NCBI RefSeq assembly: GCF_009914755.1
Contig: NC_060947.1
Source: the human T2T-CHM13v2.0 reference genome, Homo sapiens
Strand: one strand, 5' to 3'
DNA: 64,000 bases
Positions 1-15,297 of this stretch are shown one piece after another. Within the stretch, counting starts at the first letter, position 1, and every line of letters starts with the position of its first letter. Both the position numbers and the translations under genes were made by a program. The notes below the pieces were generated by a model. The model was not told the DNA's origin. It worked only from the letters and a program-made list of their open reading frames with translations, and did no database searches.

Positions 1-163
1 GTGGGAAGGGAGAGATAATAAGGGCAGGAATCATTTCCTATCCTTATGGCATTCTACAACCATCACAAAAACCTAGTGTGGGTTTCAGGTGGGAAGGGAG
101 AGATAATAAGGGCAGGAATCATTTCCTATCCTTATGGCATTCTACAAGCATCACAAAAACCTA
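1..163. repeat. 88-bp tandem repeat running off the left edge
   Basis: Positions 1-75 recur at 89-163 with one mismatch. Confidence 0.9.
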
Positions 164-1624
164 AAAAATTGTATCCCTGAAAATACCCAGCAGATAAGCA
201 TAACATTGGGTTAAATGGCAGTGGATGCCTTCCTGGAATCAAAGAAAAGATGATAGTGGGAAAGGAGCATCCTTATTTTTGAGAACCCATGATGTGGCAG
301 ACGTGAGATAAGAGTTTTATACCCCAATCTAAGGATTTCCAGTTTTACCAGCCTTCCAGGGACTATCCTTAATTAAATGACGGCATACATTGAGTCAAGT
401 TGAGTGTCAAGCAGATTTGCGTCTTTCCCAGTACTTCAAATAGTCCACAGGCACTGTTTACCTTCTTCTTCTGGATTTTGATAATCTCTCAGATCTTTAT
501 ATTACGTTTATTCAGGTTGTTGTTTTTCCCTCTCAAAGTCTTCATCAACAGAAGAGAAAGCAGCCATCTTTCTTCATGTCCCAACACACCACCAACCCAA
601 GGTTGCTTTGTGTCCCAGAACTTTACCAAAGTTATGCAAATATTGGAGAATGAAAATTGTGCATAAGTGGGAACAAATTAAGAAGGAATTATAACAGTCC
701 ACATGATCCTTATTACTGCCATAAATCTCAGAATTCAAGGCTTTCCCCAGAGGAAGACAAAATAAAGTCAACTTCATAATCATCTCCCAGCCAAAGAGAA
801 AATTCAAATACCTTTATTATAGCCACTCAAGACATTTTTTAGTACCTACCATGTTCCAGGCACTGGCCAGGTCAATGTGCACACATCACTGAAGAAACTA
901 GACAAATGTCTTCAACCAGGCATTGTGAGTAGTGGTTCTCTTCTACACCAGCTTTCCTGTCACCCATTTCCCTGGTCTACTTCCTGTATATCTTCAGCTC
1001 TGCATGGCAAGGAGGACATCCCCAACAGAGCTTCTATTAGCTGGCTTGTTACTGAAGTCAGCAATGGGACAGGTTAGCAGGAGTTTGGAGGAGAAGTGGG
1101 AGGAATGGAAAGTGGGTACATCTCCTCTGTTTCAGCCTTGGGCAGCAACGTTGCAGCCACAACTGATATATCTTCACTCTGCAACTCACTCTCTGGGGTG
1201 CCTACTGCTCTAGTTGGGCTCCTCAGCCCTTCCTTTCCCTCTGCAGACAACACCATATGGTAATTCCCCTTGACTGAAAATACTCTGACTATTTAGCCCC
1301 TGAAGTTTTTTCTATTTACCTAATTAGAAAGCATCATAGAGTGTTAGCTAAATCAAAAAATGTGTGTTTTTCTTTCAGATAATTTATGCTACCCTACCAG
1401 GGAGTGGACACAGCTTCAGTGTTTTTCTTCTTTTTTTTTTAATGGAACTTTCAAGTTTTGTCCCACCAGCTATATGCAGTGGTTTTCCCAATGACCCAGT
1501 AAAGTGAGTGGTGTCATCCCTATTTGACACACACAAAGAAACAGAAGTTTAAGTAGATGACATCTACACTACCACAGCTATTACAGAACAGGACCTAAAT
1601 TCAAGCTTGTGTCTCATTCACTTG

Positions 1625-2042
1625 AAATCTTATTTGGTCAGCCATGTTTTCCCAAAGCTCCCTATCCACCCAAGGCCTTGTTTGATTGGCCATGTTTTCC
1701 CAAGGCTCTTCATTCACTCAAAGCTTTGTTTCAGGGACCGTGTTTTTCCAAGGCTCCTAATCCACTCAAAGCTTTGTTTGATTGGCCATGTTTTCCCAAG
1801 GCTTTTCATCCTCTCAAAGCCTTGTTTGATTAACCATGTTTTCCCAAGGCTCCCATCCACCCAAAGCCTTGTTTGATCAGCTATGTTTTCCCAAGACTTT
1901 CCATCCACCCAAAGCCTTGTTGATCGGCCATGCTTTTCCAAGGCTCCTCATCCACTCAAAGCCTTGTTTAGTTGGCCATGTTTTCCCAAGTGTCCCATCC
2001 ACTCAAAACCTTGTTTGATCGGCCATGTTTTCCCAAAGCTCC
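1625..2042. repeat. 47-48-bp minisatellite, ~9 copies
   Basis: ccatgttttccc-like core at 1642, 1690, 1738, 1786, 1834, 1881, 1928, 1976, 2023. Confidence 0.92.
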
Positions 2043-2713
2043 GTGGTTAGGCACAACACAGCACAGCACACACGTTGGTTCTAGTTTTGGTTTCTAGTTT
2101 TGGTTCTGCTACATGGCTTAGGATGCATAAGCTGCAGCTGAAGTTGGATGGTGTAGGATTGGACCTATACCAGTGCTCCTATCCTACACTATTACAGTGG
2201 TCATATCTAAGCATGCTTCTTCAGAATTCAACTCTCCCAAGAGTGGTTGTGATGCTTAACTTGAACGCACTTTGGAAACCATTGCTCTTCAAAATACTGG
2301 AGAAATGACAGCAATAAGTATGAAAATAACCAACATATACTGAGTACTTGTGATTGGACAGGATTTGTTCTAAGAATCTCATCTTCTATTTTCACAATGA
2401 CCTTATGAGGTAAGTGTCCTATAAGTTTCCTCTTTTCCACAAATTTGAAAACAGAAGCATGCAGAATTTCAACACCACACCAAGGTTCTAATGTCCTCAT
2501 GGGGGGAGGCACCACACAATGTGGCACAAATTAGCACAATAGGTTGCCCCATAGAGGGTTAAATTATAAGAAATATGTGATGGATCACAGTATAGTTTTG
2601 CCAGACCACTTCAGGAACAAATGAGTTCCAGCGCTAAAGATGCCACTTCCTCATCACATTCTTGCTGCACTTTGTACTCACCCAGAGATTCTGATTTGTC
2701 GGTCAGAGTCTGG

Positions 2714-3630
<917 letters not shown>

Positions 3631-3919
3631 CTTGGACATGAGGATGTTTAAATCAATCCAGGAGATGATAACATAAAGCCAACAAGAACCAAAGGTTTCT
3701 TGTGTTGTAACAAGGTTAGAACACACACAAAAAAAATGCTGCTAAAAAGGAAGCTGAACAGCCTCTCAGGATGAAGGTAAACCAACGTTTATTTTTTTTT
3801 CCAAAACAGAGTCAGTTTGTGCTGGCCATCCAGGAACTCACTAACACTACCCCTCTTAGTTTCATCATTAATCTGTTACTGAACTTCCACCTCCAAAAGA
3901 CTTGGATCCTTTTCTTATT

Positions 3920-4190
3920 TTTGGAGACCGTCTTGCTCTGTCACCCAGGCTGGAGTGCAGTGGTGCGATCTTGGCTTACTACAGCCTCAACCTCTCGGGC
4001 TCAAGTGATTCTCCTACCTCAGTCTCCAGAGTAGTTGGGACTACAGGTGTGCACCACCACGCCCAGCTAATTTCTGTATTCTCTGTAGAGATGGGATCTT
4101 GCTATGTTTCCCAGGCTGGTCTTGAACTCCTGGACTCAAGCGATCTGCAGGCCTTGGTCTCCCAAGGTTCTGGGATTACAGGTGAGACTT
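3920..4190 (-). mobile_element. Alu (old, J-like)
   Basis: cccaggctggagtgcagtgg...gggattacaggtg, diverged. Confidence 0.85.
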
Positions 4191-4694
4191 GAGTCTTAAA
4201 TGACAAAAGTGCAGAAAAGGATCTTGTGGGGTTCAGTGTCTTGCAGATTGAATTCAGCAGCAGGGTTGGGGTCTTCCTCACCTTGTCCCACATTCAGCCA
4301 AGCTTCATTGAAACAAGAGCTGCCTTTACAATTACAAACCAGACTTCAAGGACTAGAGCCTGGTTGAAGTTTTGTTTTTCTGTGAGGGCCTGAGAGTAAT
4401 TAAATGGTGACAATGGACTGTTAGCTAGGGATTTTGCTTGTGTCCACAGATTTACAAGCACATATACCAGATGTTAGAACTTATCCATTTAGGGAGAAAA
4501 ACAACAACTATCTTCTAGTTATTATAGTATTTACAAATAATGATACAGCCATATGTGATTCTGTTTAATGATCCGCTCAAATCACACACCTTCGTGTTCT
4601 GGACAAACTGGTTTAAATGGCTCTTATTTTACCTAAGTCATGAGGTGCTAAGTACCTCTCATTATAACCATCCCTACAAGAAAATTTTAAATAT

Positions 4695-5456
4695 TTGCAT
4701 TTATTTCTTAGGGCATCTGTAACCAATCACCTCAAAATAGGGGCTTAAAAGAAATGAACTCTCTCCCAGCTCTGGAGACCAGAAGTCTGAGATCAAGGTG
4801 TCTCAGGGCCATGCTCCCTCTGGAGGCTCTAGAGGAGGCTCCTTCCTGCCTCTCCCAGCTCCTGGTGGCTCCAGGCATCCCTGGGCATCACTGTAGTCTC
4901 TGCCTCCATCTCCACGTGGCCTTCTCCTGTGTCTGTGCCTCCTCTTTTGTCTCTTAAACAGACACCTGTCATTGGATTTAAGGCCCATCTAATCCAGGAT
5001 GATCTCATCTCAAGAGCTTTACCTTAATTACACCTGCAAAGACCCTATTTCTCAAATAAGGTCCCATTTCCCAGTTCTGGGAGTCAGAATATGGGCATAT
5101 ATTTTGGGGGCCACTGCTCAATACACTACAATTGTATGCAGTTCCCTCTGGATGTTCTAGGGGAGGATCCTTCCTGCCTCTTCCAGCTCCTGGGGACTCC
5201 AGGAATCCCTGGGCTTGTGGCCATGTTACTCCAGTCTCTGCCTCTGTCTCCACGTGACCTCCCCCTCTGTGTCTGTGTCCCCTCATCTGTCTCTTATAGT
5301 GACACTTATTGCATTTAGGACCCATCCTTATCCAGAATAATCTCATTTCCAGATCCTTCACGTGATCACATCTGCAGACTCTTTTTCCAAATAAGGTTGC
5401 ACTGACAGGTTCCAGGTAGAGATGATTCTTTGCAGAATGTTATTCAACCAATTACA
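4695..5456 (-). mobile_element. Tandem dimer of MLT1 LTR sequence, opposite orientation
   Basis: Reverse complement of the same MLT1 motifs, twice (4695-5130 and 5131-5456). Confidence 0.8.
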
Positions 5457-5544
5457 ATATCCTACCACGTTCAACCCCAAATGAAACACATTTTAGACTC
5501 TAGTCCAAATATGTCTATTATTTTTAAAAAATTATTACTTTTTA

Positions 5545-5690
5545 ATGTTCAGAAACAGGGTCTCTTTATCACCCAGGCTGTAGTGCAGTGGTGTGATCAT
5601 AGCTCACAGCAGCCTCAAACTCTTGGGCTCAAGTGATCCTCCTACCTCAGCCTCTTGAGTAGCTGTGACTATGGGCCTGCACCACTATTA
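5545..5690 (-). mobile_element. Alu monomer/fragment
   Basis: cccaggctgtagtgcagtgg...ctcagcctcttgagtagctg. Confidence 0.75.
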
Positions 5691-6165
5691 CGTTTTATCT
5701 ATCACTAGATCCAAGGTCTCCTTGCTTGAGGCTCAAACTTTCTTCATGATGTTTTTGCCGCCAAGAGAACACGTCCTACCATTTGTCCATATCATTCTGC
5801 CCAGCCATTCTTCTGTTCTTGACTCCGTAAAAATGTTATCTCAGTCATCAAAATGTAGCTCTTTCTTAATGGGACTACAATCCCACCTGGTTTTTTAATC
5901 CTCTAGAATCTGAATGCCCTCTGAACCACTTTTAATGTTTTCAAACGCCTCTTCAGCCCATCACGTCATGTGAACGCAGAAGTTTGTGTTGAGAGGATGT
6001 TACCATTTTTTTCCAGGTAAAATTGCACCAAGGTATGTCCTGCAGAAACATTATCTACACCTAGGAGAATTTACCTCCCCAGATCTCAGTTTCCACATCA
6101 TGCGCTGAAGCAGGCTGTCCAAATGAACGTGTTTCTAAAACCCTTTGCTGCATGTATTTATCTAG

Positions 6166-6383
6166 CACGGTGTTTTCCAACCAGGGACGGTACAGCCTCA
6201 TGGGGAGAATGTGGCTATGTCTAGAGACATTTTTGATTATCACACTGGGGTGGTGGATGCTCCTGGCATCTGGTGGGTGGAGCCCAGGGATGCTGCTCAA
6301 CACCCTACAGTGCACAGGACGGTCCCACCACAGAGAATTCTCCAGCCCCAGATGTCCATAGTGCTGAGGCTGAGAAATCCTCA
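6166..6383 (+). mobile_element. MER20 (hAT-Charlie MITE)
   Basis: gagacatttttg...cagggatgctgctcaacaccctacagtgcacaggac...gctgagaaatcct resembles the MER20 consensus. Confidence 0.85.
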
Positions 6384-6404
6384 GCATGAGAAACTCTATT
6401 ACCC

Positions 6405-6438
6405 ATCCAGTCATCCATCATCTATCTATCTATCTATC

Positions 6439-6489
<51 letters not shown>

Positions 6490-6651
6490 ATCTATATCTA
6501 TCTATCTATCTATCATCTATCTATATCTATCTATCATCTATCTATATCTATCATCTATCATCTATCTATCTATGTATCTATCTATCTATCATCTATCTAT
6601 ATCTATGTATCTATCTATGTATCTATCTATCTATGTATCTATGTATCTATG

Positions 6652-6706
<55 letters not shown>

Positions 6707-7262
6707 TATCCATCCATCTATCACCCATCCAACCAGCCATCATCTATTTTTCTATCTACCCCTCTGTCATCTACCCAATTACCTATCTAATTCACCCAAT
6801 CATCTATCATCAGTCTACGTATCTATCCATCTATTGATCATCCATTCAACCATTTATTATCTGTCATCTATCTATAATTCATCCAAACATCCATCATCTA
6901 TTTATCTATATACCTATGTATCATCCACCCAACTATCCATCCTTTATCTATCTGTGTATCTATCATCCATCCAACCATCCATCATTTATCTATCTATCAT
7001 CCATCCAACCATCTATTATCTATCTATCTACCTATCTTACTCCTTTCCATATCTATTATCTATTTATATCTATAAATCATCTATCTGTATCAATCCTTAT
7101 CTATTTATGTCTCCTATCCATATCTATTATCAACCTATCATCTATCACTTTATATCTATCAATCATTTATCTATCTGTCATCTATCTACCATCTATCTAT
7201 CACTTATCTATCTATATCAATCATCTGTCAGTTATCTATCTACCAATCTAATTTATCGTTTA
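6405..7262. repeat. (TCTA/TCCA)n tract (GATA-type), ~850 bp
   Basis: Pure TCTA runs near 6440-6488 and 6652-6705, degenerate elsewhere. Confidence 0.95.
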
Positions 7263-7265
7263 TGT

Positions 7266-7481
7266 CAGTGGCTCTCAGCTAGGAGCAAGTTTGCACCCCC
7301 TAAAGGGGCATTTGGCAATGTCCAGAGACATTTTTGGTCATCACAATTTTGAGGGGGTGGGAGGGTACTAGTATCTGGCGGGTAGAGCCCAGGGATGCTA
7401 CTCAACACCCTACACAGGACACCCCAGCCCAGAGAATCATCCAGCCCCAAATGTCATTCATGTGCATTTTGAGAGACCCTG
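7266..7481 (+). mobile_element. MER20
   Basis: cagtggctctca...ggcatttggcaatgtccagagacatttttgg...ttgagagaccctg. Confidence 0.85.
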
Positions 7482-8162
7482 CACCATCTGAAGAGCCTGT
7501 CTATTGAGGATAAACACTCCAAGCACCACCTCCTCCTCCACCTCTTTGCCTCCACAGGCCTCTCTTGATATCCAGCACACAGTAAGGGCTGTGCAGACAT
7601 ATTTAAGCAAATAAGTGGATTCATGAATGAGAGACAGGCTCTATGCCTCCCACAGAGTTAAAAAAAAAACTGCATTCTTTAGTTTCAATGACCAACATTC
7701 TTTAACAATTGGCGACAGTGCATTTCTTGAAATGCTGACAGTCATATTTTTCCCAAATGTTTATCTTGTTTGCCTTTTTCCTTCCTCTCAGGGGAAGCAA
7801 AAGAAGGACAGTTTTGCATATTTGTGGAACACCAGTACATGTATTTCCAGATGTCACTTTGACAAAAATTAAAAAAGAAAAATCCTGAAGGATTTCCTAG
7901 AGCACTGCTTCTCAGTCCCCACACTGTCTTGCTGCATACTGAAATTGTCACTACATGCAAGTGACACTCAAACCCTGCCTGCCAAATCTGTCATCAGAAG
8001 CATTGCCTTTGACTCAGTTTCCTTGCCTGTTAAAAATGTGTAGAGAAGCTAATCATTGAGAGAAAGTGAATGAAAGCAGTTTTTTCAACTGCTCTGATGG
8101 AAACCCAGATTCATGAGACCCTCTTTTGTCCTTGAAAATAGCATTGTCATCACTGCCCGGTT

Positions 8163-9311
8163 TTTGGGAGAATATTATTTTATTATCAAATGTACAGTAT
8201 ATTGACCTTAAAAATACAGTAAAGCAGTCATGGAAATAACAGGTCGTGTATTATTCATGGGCACAAACTGACTCATGGCTGGGGAAGAAGCAGCCACCTT
8301 AGACCAGATGGACAAGCCAGATACTGCAGAGAAGTTTCTGGGCTTTTCGGGGAAGACTCTAGATTCAATTCTGTAAAGTTATGATGCAGTTTTCTCCTTC
8401 CTCTCCTCTCACCTCCTCTGAGCACAGCTTTCAACAAAAACTTTGCATACAAGGAAATCTAATATCGCAGCCTTCCCCACTGGAGGGTTCCTGGAGAAGG
8501 TAATATAACAGTGGTGACTGAATTTGAAGGAGGTTGGAGAGAAATTTTTTAAAATTATATTTCCATGTCTGCTGTAATGTATCCAAGTCTTGTAAAGACC
8601 AATAATTTATTAATTTTAATAAGACAGAAAGTATTTCTCCTTCTAGTCTCATCGTCTGATTTGAAAGGAAAAAATATATATATAAAACATTATATAAAAA
8701 GTGAGTTCCAGGAAGAAATGTTTTTCTTTTTTCATATAAAATGGTAGCTGTATGTATGTAACTCTGAATTAAAATATATATATATATCAGTCACTCTGGT
8801 TCTAAATCCTTATTGGGCAAGCTGGAGTTTTGAAGTGACAGAGGAAATAACTGAAAGATGACTTGTCAATCTGGAACAAAGTCTATCATGTAAAAACTGC
8901 AGCAGGTTAACTAGGTGATGCGTCTTCAATGGGGTAGTGAGGTGTTGTTCATGTCTATGGCTTATTTTTGATGAATGTTCCTCAGATATCCTATGGACGC
9001 TTATGAAGGCAGTCGAGTGGCATTTGCAAAAAAAGAAAAATTGCAGTCAGAGCACAGACACCCTGAATGAAGCCCCTGGCATGATGTAAACACAAAAGAA
9101 AGTGTCTCAGCAAGGCTGAGCCCTCCTTCTCGTGTCTGCATTGCTTCCTTTTCCCAACAATTGTAGATCAAGATCAACCTCAACTTGAAACCCACCAGAG
9201 GCCACCATGCACTGTGACACATTATTTAAGAGCTCCTATTCCCCAACCTGGCTTCCCTTACAAACCCCGCTTTGTTGTCAGTTCCTAAGCAATCATTCTG
9301 GAATCCACATT
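8163..9311 (-). other. MXRA5: MXRA5 3'UTR (~1.15 kb; end approximate)
   Basis: Repeat-free sequence between the stop codon and the AATAAA at 8184-8179. Confidence 0.75.
8179..8184 (-). terminator. Polyadenylation signal AATAAA
   Basis: Minus strand reads TGTACATTTGATAATAAAATAATATTCTCCCAAAAA, with a UGUA element just upstream of the hexamer. Confidence 0.8.
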
Positions 9312-11220
9312 TCAGAAGACGTGGATGTAAGTTGTTTTGGAGTCACTGCCGAGAATGTTTTTTGCCATGCACTTGTAGAAGCCGGCATCTCTCTGTGTGG
9401 CATGCTGGATGGTCAGTGATCCCTGGGGGTGAAGAAATCTGTTTCCATACAGACGAGCCTGAACCCCTGCCTTCAGATGCGACTTATCCGGTAACTCCCA
9501 CGTGATGTCAGCTTTGGGAATCCCCATAGCCATGCAGTTCAGTTTCACGGTGTTCCCGGGCCGGGTGTAGATGACCGGGGTGGGCTCGCTGGTGATCCGG
9601 GGAGGATAGGCGATCACAATCACGGGGATGCTGGTGACCGAAGGGCCGTACTCCGTCTCCATCCTGCATACATAGGTACCCCTGTCAAACACCGAGGCCT
9701 CACGAACCGTGAGGGTGCCATTGTCCAGAAGAGAAACGCGTCCCAGGGTTTGGGGGCCCTCCAGATGCATGCCATTGGGGAGCGTCCAGGAGAAACGTCC
9801 CTGCCCAGCCCCGGGAGGGGTGCAGGGGAGCTTCAGGGTCTCACCATTGATGATGCTGACCAGGTTATGATACTGCTTGTTTGCTTCTGGCTTCAGTCCC
9901 ACCTTCAGGGAGACCAGCCTCTCCGTGTGGCCAGCGGCATTGCGGGCCACGCAGCGGTAGGCCCCAGCGTCCACCGAGGAGAGACCGCTAATGTGTAGCA
10001 TGCCGTCAGCCTTGTGGTAGAAGCGCTGCAGCTGCTGTCCACTCTGCAGATCGGTGCCATTGGGAAGGACCCACACCAGGCTGGGTGTCGGGGTCCCCGC
10101 GGCAGAGCAGTTGAGGCTGATGGTGTGGCCCGCCATGGCCGTGATCTTCTCGCTGATCGGGTCGTGGAAGATGGGTTTCTCCATGGGCTCCAGGACAGTG
10201 AGCTGCACGATCAACCTCGCCTCCCCTCCCTCGTTGCGTGCCATGCATACCAGCTGGACGGAGTCGCTCTTCCTCAAACTCCTGATGTCCAGGGAACCGT
10301 TGCCATGGACAGTGATCCGGTTTCCATAGTATGGAGCTGGCAGAACCACACCCTCGGGAAAAGCCCATAACACCCTCGGGGTGGGGATGCCTTCAGCTTT
10401 GCAGTCAATCAGTTTCCGACTGCCCCCGGCTGCTATCTCCCGCACGGTGGTGATGGGGTTGGGGTTACCGTTGATCTTGGGTGGCTGGACGTTGACGTGA
10501 ATCCACACCGTCTTCCTATCCTCTCCCGCGCTGTTCCTGACCAAGCAGGTGTAGTTGCCGCTGTCAGAACGCTGGGCTTTCTGAATAAGGAGAGTGCCAT
10601 CTTGGTATATCTGATACTTCTCAGAGGAGGTGGGGATCACCTTGTTGGTTGGGGACAACCAAGTCACCTTGGGCATGGGTTCTCCTTTGGCCTCACAGGC
10701 TACAGTGACCACGTCTCCATAGGGCACCTGAACCGCCAAGTAAGTCTTGTTCCGGATGGTGGCGGGCGCTGTCACCACCTTGACTCTGACTCTCATCTCG
10801 TCCTTCCCGACCTGATTTTCAGCAAAGCAGGTGTAGTCTCCTTCCTCCCTCATCCCCACTTCGTTAAAGTAGAGTGTCCCATTGTTGAAGACGACATAGC
10901 GCTTGGTGCGTCCACCGCTGTCATCCGACTGCATGAAGGAGTTCACCAGACTCCCGTCTGGGAGGCTCCAGGAGATCTCGGGATTGGGAAGCCCGGTGGC
11001 CACACAGTCCACTTTCAGGTCACCCCCGTAGAAGACTTTGTGGTCGTTCTCCTCCTTGTGTTCAATCTTGGCCGGTTTCATCACCACATCCACTTTGAGC
11101 ACCACGTAGTCATCACCAACCTTATTTCGAGCTACGCACAGGTAATCTCCGGCATCTTTGTCCGTCACTGATTTCACCACCAGGGTCCCATTGGCAAACA
11201 CCTTGATTCTGCTATCAAAA
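9312..11220 (-). CDS. MXRA5: MXRA5 exon 7 coding part (C-terminal Ig array, TGA at 9314-9312)
   Basis: 629-aa ORF of tandem Ig domains ending TTYIHVF*. Acceptor TTCTGTAG|TTTT. Exon lengths 188+130+391+4968+901+1909 = 8487 nt = 2828 aa + stop, the length I recall for MXRA5. Confidence 0.97.
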
Positions 11221-12154
11221 CTACAGAAAAAAAGAAAAAGGAGTAAGATGTCAGTTTCCCAAATGCTCTAGTGTGGCATTAGGTCGCTGGAATAACACAA
11301 AAATAGGTGTTTCTGTGATGCATCAGCTCAGGTGGCTGCTATTGCAGAATGCCCAGTGGTTTTTACAGCCTGGAGAAGGTTGTGGAAAGTGATTGACTGC
11401 AAATAAGAACTCCCTGTTGAATCTGATGTTAGGCTGGCCTGACCATGGGTTCAAGGACATGAAATGTAGTCAAAGACGTCAATCCCATTCCTGCAAGTGT
11501 GTGTGGATCAAGTATTTGCATGGTGGTCATTACAGAGGTCATTGTAACAACAAAATCAGATAAAATGCTACAGTCATGGAGATGGTGATGAATCTGGGTC
11601 AACCTTATAAAGATGTTAAATTCTTCCTGGAGAAAATGCTTTAGACACGGTTTCTACTCTTGGCAATTTCTTTTTTTAAAGCTGTTGTATCCCAGTTTTG
11701 GGCAAGAGTCAGAAAAGCAACTCTAATAAGGTCATGTAATTATGGTTATGCCCAGAGTTTCAAGGTGAGTTTTAAGGCTAAAATTGGGATCTTCAGAAGC
11801 TGGCCCTATTGGTGTAACAGGTTTTCTAGAATTTGTAATTAAAGCTGAATAACAGTCACTAGCTAAAACCTCAAGGCTGGTGTGTCATTCTTCCCCATGA
11901 AGTCCAAGCACTGCCGAGTTAATAATTACAAAAAGGTTTAACAGAGGCAAACTAGAAAGGATGATAGGAAAATCTTCATTATGTATGTAAGAGTTTTATA
12001 AATACTGAAGTATCCTTTAGTTATTCGGAACTAATATGTTGAATAATCCAGTGAAAAGATTGAGAAAGTTCTCACTTTTAAAGTTGTCCCTATTGAATTC
12101 TCAATTACACATACATTATAATGGGAGCCTTAATATTTCCTAAATACCACACTT

Positions 12155-12463
12155 TCTTTTTTTTTTTTTTTTTTAAGAACTGAGATCTTGTTTGTCACCC
12201 AGGCTGGAGTGCAGTGGTGCAATCATAGCTAACTGTAGTCTCGATCTCTTGGACTCAAGGGACACTTCCATCTCAGCCTCCTGAGTAGCTTGGACTACAA
12301 CAATACACCAATATGCCTGGATGGAGTTTTTTTATTTTTTATTTTGTAGAGAAGGGATCTTGCTATGTTGTCCAGACTGAGTTTGAACTCCTGGACTTAA
12401 GTGATCCTTCTGCCTTGGTCTCCCAAAGTGCTGGGATTACAGGCATGAGCCACCATACCTGGC
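12155..12463 (-). mobile_element. Alu (J-like)
   Basis: Poly(T) followed by a diverged Alu body. Confidence 0.85.
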
Positions 12464-12750
12464 AAGACTCCATTTTTCTAATGGCATGTCTAAGACACTG
12501 TCATAGATCTTTTAAAATAAGCCCAGTTGTGATTACATTCAACCTAATCATTGTAATAAAAGCAATGATTAACAATGACCATATACACTGTTTTGTGGGC
12601 CATGAGTGAGAATCAAGTCAATGTAACTTGGTAAGGAATTTAACAGGTGTGGGACAGGCAAGGACATTTAAATGTGCCTTGGAATTTGAATCCAAAAATG
12701 AGTATGGTAGCATGTGTCTGTAAACATTCTGAGGCTTCCATTAACAGTGA

Positions 12751-13173
<423 letters not shown>

Positions 13174-13830
13174 TAGCAGGGCAGAGCCTGCTCTTTGACA
13201 AAATGCACATGGTTTGTTCAATTACACTTTACTAAGAATATAGTCAGAATTTACTAAGAATGAAGTGACAGAAATAATGGTTTATAATTTATTTAGGATT
13301 TATATGGAGACATTAATGGAATGACCCAAAAATCTTACTGGAACTGCATTCTTATACTGTTATCCATTCAAAATTGCCTCCACCATGCCAAATTCAATGG
13401 AAAACAGTTCTCTATGTGGCAGCACATCTGCTAAGCTGGAAGGCATTCCTGGGTAAATTGGGTACATGGCTCTTCTGGATTGATTGTGCAAGCTCTTCAG
13501 GGCACCACCCAGCCATCTAAAGTATAAAATACAGGCAGGGAAAAGGCATCTCAGCCCTTTTCCTGAATTGAAAAGAGTCCTGGGAGGCCAGACACAACTG
13601 TGCAGAAGAAAACCTTGGACGCTGATTTTGCTCCTACCCTGGGGAGGGACCCACGGTGAGAGGCTTTCCTGCTCGAGCTACTGAGTGCTGAAGACAGCAC
13701 AATCCAGGGGTTCTCCACCATTGCACTGTGAATTTAGTTGGACTCCATTTTACCTTTCCTCTACTATCTGGGTCCTCTATTTTTTGAAACGCTTATTAAA
13801 GAGATATTAGCTCTTTTTTTGTATCTAGCT

Positions 13831-14476
13831 CAGGGTTTCTCAATCTTGGCACTAGGGACATTTGGGGCTAGAAGCTTCTCTGTGATGGGGCCATCCTGTG
13901 AACTGTAGGGTGTTGAGCAGTGTCCCCGGACTCCACCCACCAGGTGCCAGTAGCATCCATCCCATCTGTGATAACCACAAAATGTTGCCAGACACAGCCA
14001 AATGTCTCCTGGGAGTAAAATCTCCTTGGTTGCAAACAACTGCCATAGCTAGCTAGCTAGATAGATGAGTAGACAGATAGACAGATAGATACGGATGGAT
14101 AAATGGATGGATAGATGGATGGATGGATGAATAGATGGATACGTAAGAGATAAGAATGAATGGATGGATAGGTTAGGTAGATAGACATGGATGGATGGAT
14201 AAGCAGGTATATAGATAGACCAACATTTTCATACTAAGATAGGGTTTCTTGGATTCAGTACTAGGGACATTTAAGGCTGGATGGAGGATTCTCTGTGGTG
14301 GGTCTGTCCTGTGCACTGTAGGGTGTTGAGCAGCATCTCCGGGCTCCACCCACCAGATGCCAGTAACATTCATCCCATTTGTGACAACCAAAAAAATGTT
14401 GCCAGACATAGCCAAATATCTCCTTGGAATAAAATCTCCTTGGTTGTAAACAACTGCCATAGACAGGTAGGTAGGC

Positions 14477-14521
<45 letters not shown>

Positions 14522-14942
14522 TGGGTGGATGCATGAATGAATAGATACATAAGAGATAAAGATGGATGGATAGGTTAAGTATACAGGAATGAATGAATGG
14601 ATAAATAGATAGGTAAATGGATAGGCAAAATCTTACATGCTAAGACAGGGTTACTTGACCTCAGCAGTAGTAACATTTAAGGCAAGATGAATGCTAATCT
14701 GGGGTGGGGTGTCCTGTGCACTGTAGGGTGTTGAGTAGCATCCCGGGGCTGCAGCCACCATATACCAGAAGCACACCCTCCACCCCAGAGTCATCATGAC
14801 CTAAAATGTCTCCATACATCACCAACTGTCCCTTGGGGACTAAGGAACACCTGATGCCTGGTTGCAAACCACTGCCATAGATGATGGATGGATAGACAGA
14901 CAGACAGACAGACAGATGATAGATAGATAGATATAGATAGAT

Positions 14943-14973
<31 letters not shown>

Positions 14974-15021
14974 GAAATAGGTAGAAGGATGGATAGATGA
15001 TGGATAGATAGATAGATAGAT

Positions 15022-15063
<42 letters not shown>

Positions 15064-15297
15064 ACCTTTCATGCTAAGACAGAGTTACCTGACCTTGGCA
15101 CTATGGACACTGAAGGTAGGATGGATGACTATCTGTGATGGGCCATCCTGTGCACTGCAGGGTGTTGAGCACTGTCCCTGGCCTCCACCCACCAGATACC
15201 AGAAGCACCCACTGCCCCATTTGTGATAATCAAAGGTGTCTTCAGATATTGCCAAGTGTTGTCTTGGGGCAAAATCACCCTTGGTTGAAAAGCACTG
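13831..15297 (-). mobile_element. Four tandem MER20 copies (13831-14042, 14240-14456, 14646-14874, 15080-15297) separated by (TAGA/TGGA)n tracts
   Basis: Each copy carries cctgtgcactgtagggtgttgagca-like and ggttgcaaacaactg-like motifs. Periods are 409, 406 and 434 bp. Confidence 0.88.

Noticed and set aside
1625-2042. CRISPR-like appearance of the regular repeats here and at 13831-15297
   Set aside because: Human DNA, tandem units without unique spacers, and no cas genes.
6211-7352. 208- and 239-aa IYLS-repeat ORFs
   Set aside because: Translations of (TCTA)n.
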